10,473 nt of DNA. It comes from Nitrososphaerota archaeon (GTDB lineage Archaea > Thermoproteota > Nitrososphaeria_A > Caldarchaeales > Calditenuaceae). The notes beneath the pieces are model-generated. The model was not told the DNA's origin, did not search any database, and worked only from the letters and a program-made list of their open reading frames with translations. The position numbers and the translations under genes are program-made. The DNA is taken from NCBI GenBank assembly GCA_038741355.1, contig JAVYLC010000017.1:12768-23240 (forward strand), written 5' to 3'. This document shows, one piece after another, positions 1 to 5,503 of this stretch. Each line of letters begins with the position of its first letter. Position 1 is the stretch's first letter.

Positions 1-1
1 G

Positions 2-439
2 ATGTTTATGAGAAGGAGGGGTAAGACCGCTGCAGCAGGAGGCCAAGCCACCCCCACGGCTCCCTCACCCACACCACCCCCAGCTAGCCCACCCACCAAC
101 CAGCCTCCCTCAACCACACCCAACCCCAGCCAGCCCGGCGTTGAGGAACGCGCAGCTAAGGAGCCAGCCCACGTAGAAGAAGCACCGGAAAGCGAAGTAG
201 TCCAGAAGATAATCTCCGGTAGAAGGGTTACCATACCCTCCCGCCTAGCTGAGAGGCTAGGCATCGGTATAGGGGACAGCATAAAAATAGGGCTCCTTGG
301 CGACAGGCTGATTCTCGTCCCGATAAGGGCTAATGGAGCAGCTTATCCGCAGCCTCCTGAGCCTGCCTCACAACCTCGACACTCCTCAGAAACTCGCGCC
401 GCTCAGAATCATCAAGATCGAGCTCGATTATTCGTTTAA
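2..439 (+). CDS. AbrB/SpoVT-type DNA-binding domain protein with a Pro/Thr/Ser-rich N-terminal extension
   Basis: ORF-track ORF. The segment VVQKIISGRRVTIPSRLAERLGIGIGDSIKIGLLGDRLILVPI fits the SpoVT/AbrB pattern (..TIP...R..LGI..GD.I....). I read the frame codon by codon and found no in-frame ATG/GTG/TTG between nt 8 and the domain, so the P/T/S-rich 60 aa must be translated with it. The frame is open to nt 2, so the true start may lie left of the window. The last 110 nt overlap the 3' end of mdh in antisense. Confidence 0.6.
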   Translation: MFMRRRGKTAAAGGQATPTAPSPTPPPASPPTNQPPSTTPNPSQPGVEERAAKEPAHVEEAPESEVVQKIISGRRVTIPSRLAERLGIGIGDSIKIGLLGDRLILVPIRANGAAYPQPPEPASQPRHSSETRAAQNHQDRARLFV

Positions 440-1265
440 CCCCGCTGAGCCCCAAAACAGCCGGCACCACGCTGCACACGCCCTCCACGCCGTACTCGCC
501 CCTCAGATAGACGCTGGAAGGAATGACTGCGTCAGTATCCTTTAGGATAGCCTCAGCCATAAGCGCTACGCCAGCCCCCGGCGCATGGCTTGCCGACCAT
601 CCCTTAAGGGATATCACCTCGGCACCAGCCTTCCTAGTCCTCTCAATCAGCTCTCCGACCTTCTCCCGCGGAAGTAGCGAGGTCAGCGGCTTACCGAGTA
701 CATGGGTTAGGCGTGGCAGGAGGACCATGCTGTCGCCATGCTCGCCGATTATCGGCCCGACGATAGATGAGCGCGAGACCCCCAGCTCCCTAGCAACCAA
801 GTATCTGAACCTGCCAAAGTCCAGCAGGCCGCTAAACCCTATAACCCTCTCCCTCTCAAACCCTGTCTTCCTCAAAGCGACGTAAGTCATTACGTCGAGG
901 GGGTTTGTGACGACTACGACCTTGGAGTTTGGCGCATATTCCCTAACCTTCGCTGAGACGTCCGCGACTATAGCGGTGTTTTTCTGGAGGAGGTCCATCC
1001 TAGTCATGTCGGCCTTCCGAACTACACCAGCCGTAATCACCGTCAAATCCGCGCCCGAGATATCCCTATAGTCATTCGACCCAGTGATCTCCACGTCTAT
1101 CCCGAGTATCGAGGCCATGTGAGAGAGGTCCAGCGCCTCACCCTGGGGCAGCCCCTGCACAATATCCAGCAACACGATATCTCCCAGCCCTTTTAAAGCA
1201 ATCTGAAGAGCAGCAGAGACTCCAACCCTACCACACCCTACAACACCTATCAGAGGCACACCCAA
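330..1265 (-). CDS. mdh: malate dehydrogenase (LDH-like MDH family)
   Basis: 311-aa ORF. It has an N-terminal Rossmann motif GVVGCGRVG. ITAGVVRKADMTRMDLL carries Arg at the position that is Gln in lactate dehydrogenases, which indicates MDH specificity. It also has VVVVTNPLDVMT and the catalytic His in IIGEHGDS. The codon at 1265-1263 is TTG; the in-frame GTG at 1259 is an alternative start. Confidence 0.9.
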   Translation of the reverse strand: MGVPLIGVVGCGRVGVSAALQIALKGLGDIVLLDIVQGLPQGEALDLSHMASILGIDVEITGSNDYRDISGADLTVITAGVVRKADMTRMDLLQKNTAIVADVSAKVREYAPNSKVVVVTNPLDVMTYVALRKTGFERERVIGFSGLLDFGRFRYLVARELGVSRSSIVGPIIGEHGDSMVLLPRLTHVLGKPLTSLLPREKVGELIERTRKAGAEVISLKGWSASHAPGAGVALMAEAILKDTDAVIPSSVYLRGEYGVEGVCSVVPAVLGLSGVKRIIELDLDDSERREFLRSVEVVRQAQEAADKLLH

Positions 1266-1268
1266 CAG

Positions 1269-2222
1269 ATGCTCAAGGCTCTAAAAAAGGTATTCTATGA
1301 GGCTTACTACACTTCTACTTGGATGTCTGTGACAGCTATCTCGCGGGGCGTATATTTGGTTGATACAGGCGGCCTCAGATTCAAGAACACGGTCGCGGCC
1401 TATGTTGTGGTTGGTGAGAAGTATGCGGCTGTTTTGGACACAGGGTTCAGCTCCTCCTCGCGAAGAGTAGCAGAGGCGATAGCGAAGATAGGTGCCGCGG
1501 ATAGGCTCAGATACATAATCCCCACACACGCCCACCTAGACCACTGCGGCGCAACAGGCGACCTGGCGTCCATGTATAAGGGTGCTGAGGTCTATGCCCA
1601 CGAGCGGGCTCTTCCCCACCTCCTTAACCCCACCAGGCTACTGGAAAATGTGAAGGCTCTATACGGGGACTATGTCTTCTCCCTTATGGGCGGTATGAAG
1701 CCTGTCGATGAAGAGAGGTCGCATGTGATGCGTGATGGCGCGGAGATAGACTTGGGTGGGCTGACTATACGCTCAATTTACACACCAGGCCACGCGCCAC
1801 ACCATCTCTCCCTCCTGCTCATGGAGCCTGGCTACATAGTAACCGGCGACGCAGTCCCATCCAAATACCCATTCACCCAATACTTCATACCTAACATCGT
1901 GCCGCCGAAATACGACCTCAACCAAGCCCTCCAGAGCCTCAAGAAGCTATTCGACCTTGAGCCCCGACTACTCCTCACACCACACTACGGCCCAATCCTC
2001 CCCTCACACGGCCTCCACGAAAAATACGTCTCAGTAATCACCGAGGCGGTGAAGGCTGCAAGAGAGCTGATCAGCAAGGGTCCCAGCTTTGATGAGCTAG
2101 TCTCAAGGATGGCCGAGGCCATAACAGGCGGTACAGGCCTGGCAGGGCTCCACCCCACAATCCAAACGGCGGTCAAATTTGCTGCCCTGGCACTCCACCA
2201 AACCTACAGCTCATCAACATAG
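1269..2222 (+). CDS. MBL-fold metallo-hydrolase
   Basis: 317-aa ORF. PTHAHLDHCG is the HxHxDH zinc motif of the metallo-beta-lactamase fold, with later TPGHAPHH and TGD ligand-like motifs. The true start is probably ATG 1323 (MSVTAISRGVYLVDTGG...), because 1269 lies only 3 nt from the divergent mdh start and upstream of the A/T-rich promoter-like tract. Confidence 0.85.
   Translation: MLKALKKVFYEAYYTSTWMSVTAISRGVYLVDTGGLRFKNTVAAYVVVGEKYAAVLDTGFSSSSRRVAEAIAKIGAADRLRYIIPTHAHLDHCGATGDLASMYKGAEVYAHERALPHLLNPTRLLENVKALYGDYVFSLMGGMKPVDEERSHVMRDGAEIDLGGLTIRSIYTPGHAPHHLSLLLMEPGYIVTGDAVPSKYPFTQYFIPNIVPPKYDLNQALQSLKKLFDLEPRLLLTPHYGPILPSHGLHEKYVSVITEAVKAARELISKGPSFDELVSRMAEAITGGTGLAGLHPTIQTAVKFAALALHQTYSSST
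1281..1299. promoter_or_regulatory. A/T-rich tract (CTAAAAAAGGTATTCTATG), possibly a shared bidirectional promoter for mdh and the MBL gene
   Basis: This is the only A/T-rich tract between the mdh start (1265/1259) and the internal MBL ATG at 1323. On the minus strand it reads CTTTTTTAG about 26 nt upstream of GTG 1259. On the plus strand TAAAAAA lies 38 nt upstream of ATG 1323. Confidence 0.35.
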
Positions 2223-3028
2223 CGGAAGCCAATACTCCCTGCCCCTATCTCCGCGACCGCGGGCTTGATACCGTAGAACCTGCATGAGAAGACTGTATAG
2301 AGCTTACCGTCGAAGAGGGCCTCAAACCCCCCCGCTACAGGCTCATGGGATCTGACCAACACTCCACACCCACTCGCCTCTAGGAACTTTTCAAGAGCCC
2401 TACGCCCAAACACCCTCGCATATCCACCGCGCGGGCTGGGCCCAAACCACTCCAGCCCCTCCCTAGGGTCATTCCATAGGGCTTGAAACACGACCTCATC
2501 CTCCAAGTCCTCCCCCTGCTTGCCGCGCGAGGCAACATCCCAGATGGAGGCCGCAGCCTCAGGGACACCTCCATGCACCAGTATAACCGACCTGTTAAGC
2601 ACCCCAGCGATGGGTAGGGTGGAGTAGAGCCTTGTGAAGATGCCGTAGGCTCCGGAGCCGAGCCTCCTAGACACAGCGTCGTAGAAGCCGTAGTACATGT
2701 TCATCTCCCTCGTCTCATGGTTCCCTCTCAGAAGGAGTATCCGGTCAGGCTCGCTAATCTTGGCCTCAAGCAGCCTGACCATGTTCTCTATCTGGTAGGG
2801 GCCCCTGTCCACGTAGTCGCCCAGAAAAACTATCACTCCCCGCCCAACCCTCTCCAAGACGAGCTCACTGGTCTCTAGGTCGCCGTGAGTGTCACCGACA
2901 ACCGCCGCGCCCTTAGCATCAATCTCTAGGACAGGCTTCTCAGCCGAGAGTATGGGGAGGGCCTCCTCCACAATCCGCCTAACATGGCTGAGACTCAGAG
3001 ACAACTCTTCAGAGTAACTACCAGCCAC
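2204..3028 (-). CDS. PPP-family metallophosphoesterase / Ser-Thr protein phosphatase (archaeal PP1-arch type)
   Basis: 274-aa ORF with a GTG start at 3028. It carries all three PPP signature motifs: VVGDTHGD (GDxHG), GDYVDRG (GDxVDRG) and LRGNHE (GNHE), plus VHGG. Its 3' end overlaps the MBL gene by 19 nt in a convergent arrangement. Confidence 0.85.
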   Translation of the reverse strand: MAGSYSEELSLSLSHVRRIVEEALPILSAEKPVLEIDAKGAAVVGDTHGDLETSELVLERVGRGVIVFLGDYVDRGPYQIENMVRLLEAKISEPDRILLLRGNHETREMNMYYGFYDAVSRRLGSGAYGIFTRLYSTLPIAGVLNRSVILVHGGVPEAAASIWDVASRGKQGEDLEDEVVFQALWNDPREGLEWFGPSPRGGYARVFGRRALEKFLEASGCGVLVRSHEPVAGGFEALFDGKLYTVFSCRFYGIKPAVAEIGAGSIGFRYVDEL

Positions 3029-3069
3029 TCCACTATTTCTGGTTTAAAACAACTTGGGGAAGAGTAGCG

Positions 3070-3186
3070 CTATACCGGTCTTCCACACTTGCCGCAGTAT
3101 TTGTCCTCTGGTTGGAGCGGGTTTCCACAGTAGCCGCAGAACTTGCCTGCCTGGGGCGGCGCTGGCGTGGCCTTAGGCGCGGGGGG
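3070..3186 (-). CDS. zinc-ribbon module (C-x2-C-x10-C-x2-C) with no start codon of its own, in the +1 frame relative to 3173..3826; probable frameshifted C-terminal extension of the membrane protein
   Basis: Hand translation of the minus strand from the C6 run gives PPAPKATPAPPQAGKFCGYCGNPLQPEDKYCGKCGRPV*, with the stop at 3072-3070. This frame is open from 3228 and contains no ATG/GTG/TTG. Removing one C from the run at 3181-3186 fuses it in frame to the DUF4013-like ORF through a Pro/Ala linker. Confidence 0.6.
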   Translation of the reverse strand, partial: PPAPKATPAPPQAGKFCGYCGNPLQPEDKYCGKCGRPV

Positions 3187-3826
3187 CTGCCGACTCGTAG
3201 GTGTATGCGGCTGACCTTCCCATAAAGACTAGGAAGACCGGCGAGATTATCAGGGTTATAAGCCATCCTATGAAGGGTATGAAGGATAGCCCAGCCAGTA
3301 TCAGCCCAATCACAAATATTATAACTATCCATAGTATGTATGTGGGCCAGCCTATAGCTCTGATTCTAGATAATATCTGGTTGAAATCGAACGCGGCACC
3401 CAGCCTCCCAGTCTTAGCCATGTGAGCTATCGCCATAATCCATATAATCATTATGACGAATGCAAGGATAAACCCTATTACCACCAGCGTAGCGCTGATG
3501 GCTGCTAACCCTATAAAAAACGGGGAAAAGGAGCCTACGATAGATGCACTTATCCCTAAGGCCGCATAAACCACCGGCACTATCATGTAGACAAGTGTTA
3601 CGACAAAGACCTTGGCCCCATCAACCCAGAGCTCTCCATACTTCTCAAGTGGTGGTGGAGAAGTGTTTCTGGGCGACTCCCTAATCACCCTCACAAAGTA
3701 TCCGAACGTGATGAAGTTTACTATTGGTATAATGCTTAAGACTATCAGTATCGCGAGCCTTCCCAAGTCACTAAGCAGCTTAGCAGCATAATTGTAGGCG
3801 TCCCTTAAGTTATCCTCAAGCCTCAC
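3173..3826 (-). CDS. polytopic membrane protein, DUF4013-like
   Basis: 217-aa ORF. ATG 3826 is preceded by the SD-like GGTGGGGTGAG. The N-terminal LSIIPIVNFITFGYFVRVIRES followed by several long hydrophobic spans resembles the DUF4013 family, from memory and not verified by search. The ORF stops 2 codons after a C6 run; see the zinc-ribbon segment below. Confidence 0.7.
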   Translation of the reverse strand: MRLEDNLRDAYNYAAKLLSDLGRLAILIVLSIIPIVNFITFGYFVRVIRESPRNTSPPPLEKYGELWVDGAKVFVVTLVYMIVPVVYAALGISASIVGSFSPFFIGLAAISATLVVIGFILAFVIMIIWIMAIAHMAKTGRLGAAFDFNQILSRIRAIGWPTYILWIVIIFVIGLILAGLSFIPFIGWLITLIISPVFLVFMGRSAAYTYESAAPRA

Positions 3827-3843
3827 ATTCTCACCCCACCAGC

Positions 3844-3858
3844 AATATGCTACATATT
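3844..3858. promoter_or_regulatory. perfect 6-3-6 inverted repeat AATATG-CTA-CATATT, candidate operator
   Basis: Read directly from the sequence. It lies between the TATA-like tract and ATG 3826, around the predicted transcription start. Confidence 0.35.
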
Positions 3859-3876
3859 ATTGAGTCGGTAGGGGCG

Positions 3877-3892
3877 CATATAAGTTTTTAAA
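3877..3892 (-). promoter_or_regulatory. TATA-like boxes (minus strand TTTAAAAACTTATATG) upstream of the DUF4013-like gene
   Basis: A/T-rich element 50-65 nt upstream of ATG 3826, followed by an SD-like GGTGA. Read on the plus strand, the same tract (CATATAAGTTTTTAAA) could also fire rightward. Confidence 0.4.
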
Positions 3893-4069
3893 CAAACCTG
3901 AGAAACTTTATCATAGTTTGCAGATCCATTGACCAAAAATGATTCAAGTATGTGTGGTGATGCATCCCGAGTCTGGAGATGCGGCGGCCATGAGCCATCA
4001 TACCCTGACACCTGTAACACCTTACAATCCTTAGACCAACACAACAGAGAGTGTAAAGGGAGAATAAGC

Positions 4070-4076
4070 TAAATAA
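4070..4076 (+). promoter_or_regulatory. TATA-like box TAAATAA for the hemerythrin-like gene
   Basis: The box is centred 27 nt upstream of GTG 4100, which is the typical TATA-to-start spacing for leaderless crenarchaeal mRNAs. Confidence 0.5.
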
Positions 4077-4099
4077 CCATCATACACCACTGGCTGTCT

Positions 4100-4537
4100 G
4101 TGAGACCTAGGAGGCTTGAGCTGGAGGAGCTCCTAAAGATTCTTGTGGAGGAGCATGGGCATGTCAAGTCCCTCCTTGAGAGGCTCGATATGCTGCTTCG
4201 GGAAGGAAGATACAGCGAGGCTGCTGAGGAGCTCAGCGGCTTCAAACCCTACCTAGACCAGCACGTCATAGACGAGGAGGCGACGGTACTTAAGACCCTC
4301 CTAGAGGCTTATGGGAGAGATGGCGCCGAACGCGGCGTTAAAGTCTTCCAAGAACACAGGGAGATACATCAGTTAATTTCAGAGATGAGAGCCGCCGCTT
4401 CCACATCCCCCCAGCGACTGGCGGAGAAGAGGGATAAGCTCAGAGAGATTCTTAAGAGACATTTTAGAGCCGAAGAGGATGATATTTTTCCATGGGCCTT
4501 AGAGACCTATAGGAGGAGGATGGGTGCGGCTAAGTAG
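4100..4537 (+). CDS. hemerythrin-like (HHE cation-binding) domain protein
   Basis: 145-aa ORF with a GTG start. The repeated His/Glu motifs EEHGH, LDQHVIDEE, FQEHREIH and HFRAEEDDIFP are spaced as in four-helix hemerythrin/HHE domains. A TATA-like box lies 27 nt upstream, suggesting a leaderless mRNA. Confidence 0.7.
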   Translation: MRPRRLELEELLKILVEEHGHVKSLLERLDMLLREGRYSEAAEELSGFKPYLDQHVIDEEATVLKTLLEAYGRDGAERGVKVFQEHREIHQLISEMRAAASTSPQRLAEKRDKLREILKRHFRAEEDDIFPWALETYRRRMGAAK

Positions 4538-4567
4538 GCCTGAGGCCCTGAGATTTGGCTCGGCTTC

Positions 4568-5470
4568 TCAGACCCAGATGGCGAACTCACATGAATCAGA
4601 CATGTTGGCCTGGCAGAGGGTCTCGATGCATGAGACGCTGGTCAAGCCGAAAGCCACTCTGAATAGCCCTGCGAGAAACCCCCTGAAGAAGTGGCTTCTA
4701 TTAACGCCCTCGTCTGCCCGCCTCTTCGAACACTCGAATAGCTCCTTAACGTTTACCCTCCAAAACATCTTACCCAAGTCCGCTTGGTAGTTCTCGGACA
4801 CACACCACCCGGAGGCCTGTATCTCGGCTAAGGCCAGTTTGACAACCTCCTCGCCGCTCAGCCCTGTCTCCTTCTTGGTCTGTCTCGCAAATGTCTCACC
4901 ATACTTCTCCCCCATATCGTATAGTAGTGTATTAGCCGCGGGGCCTAGCTTCTCCCTCAGGTGGTCCATCATGTCGCAGAAGTAGTCGGCTGCGAATATG
5001 ATGGCCCTCTTATCACCCATCAAGAGCGGGAACATGTGGCTGTTGACAGCGATGCCCTTGGCTAGCGCGCCATTCACCGAGAGGCTCTCAACCACGCCCA
5101 TAGCCCCGAGGCTATACTCTATACCCTCAGGGCTTAACCCGGAGTCAGTATAGTCCACAAAGAGGGAGACGAGCAGACCTCCATCGGAAATCTTAACCAT
5201 AGAACCTCCCAACACATCGACAGTCTTCTTCGAAGCAATGCTTGAGAGAATAACAATAAGTCCCGCAAGGTCGGGCGCGATTGCTGTTACCTCGGCAACA
5301 CTCCTACCCTTCCTAACGCATAGAGAGGGTAGGGAGGTTGGGACGCGAAACTTCTTATCCATGGGGAGATTCCCTGGGTAGTACTCTTGGCTTAGGTCTC
5401 GTGGCCTCGTAGCGGCAGGGGTTGTGACCACGTGATTAACACATGTGCACATCCTTATAAATGTTGTCAA
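4568..5470 (-). CDS. ACT-like domain + V4R (4-vinyl reductase-type) small-molecule-binding domain protein
   Basis: The C-terminal half (LLYDMGEKYGETFA...ASGWC...SHFFRGFLAGLF...IETLCQANMSDSCEFAI) fits the V4R pattern, including the E.xC...G...C.F tail. The N-terminal part (VAEVTAIAPDLAGLIVILSSIASKKTVDVLGGSMVKISDGGLLVSLFVDY) looks like an ACT fold. The codon at 5470 is TTG and sits upstream of a TATA-like box (5455-5461, minus). More likely starts are GTG 5431, about 26 nt from that box and therefore leaderless, or ATG 5362. Confidence 0.7.
   Translation of the reverse strand: MTTFIRMCTCVNHVVTTPAATRPRDLSQEYYPGNLPMDKKFRVPTSLPSLCVRKGRSVAEVTAIAPDLAGLIVILSSIASKKTVDVLGGSMVKISDGGLLVSLFVDYTDSGLSPEGIEYSLGAMGVVESLSVNGALAKGIAVNSHMFPLLMGDKRAIIFAADYFCDMMDHLREKLGPAANTLLYDMGEKYGETFARQTKKETGLSGEEVVKLALAEIQASGWCVSENYQADLGKMFWRVNVKELFECSKRRADEGVNRSHFFRGFLAGLFRVAFGLTSVSCIETLCQANMSDSCEFAIWV
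5455..5461 (-). promoter_or_regulatory. TATA-like box TTTATAA for the ACT-V4R gene
   Basis: The minus strand reads CATTTATAAGG. The in-frame GTG at 5431 lies about 26 nt downstream. Confidence 0.45.
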
Positions 5471-5503
5471 TCAGTTCATCTTTAAGCACGGCAAGACTTA
5501 ATT

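Noticed and set aside
523-885. 120-aa plus-strand ORF, along with 333-545, 1281-1535, 1985-2176, 2380-2574, 3201-3425, 4524-4790, 5536-5763, 7085-7351, 7802-8098, 8449-8649, 8734-8916, 8804-8998, 8808-9002 and 9293-9478
   Set aside because: All of these lie inside, and antisense or out of frame to, ORFs with clear family motifs. None shows a recognisable motif of its own.
3033-3332. 99-aa minus-strand ORF from the ORF track
   Set aside because: The product is Arg/Pro/Ser-rich low-complexity sequence. It overlaps the 3' end of the DUF4013-like gene in one frame and the zinc-ribbon signal in another. The recognisable protein motif (CxxC...CxxC) is in the third frame, so this ORF is a by-product.
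3957-4008. Possible C/D box sRNA on the plus strand: C-like GTGATGC (3957-3963), D box CTGA (4005-4008), a 3-bp closing stem GTG/CAC, internal CTGG and ATGAGC
   Set aside because: The internal boxes are degenerate. Both guide spacers are only 9 nt, whereas archaeal C/D sRNAs strongly conserve about 12 nt. I also cannot check guide complementarity to rRNA or tRNA. This is not enough to call.
3850-4044. 64-aa minus-strand ORF, and a 31-aa plus-strand ORF (3939-4034), in the divergent spacer
   Set aside because: The 64-aa ORF has a TTG start, shows no motif, and runs through the promoter, palindrome and SD of the neighbouring gene. The 31-aa ORF has no SD or TATA at a suitable distance.
4548-4571. 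6-bp inverted repeat CTGAGA...TCTCAG with a 12-nt loop between the convergent hemerythrin and V4R genes, as a possible terminator hairpin
   Set aside because: The stem is short and the loop long, there is no adjacent oligo-T run, and one arm lies in the V4R stop-codon region. It is too weak to call.
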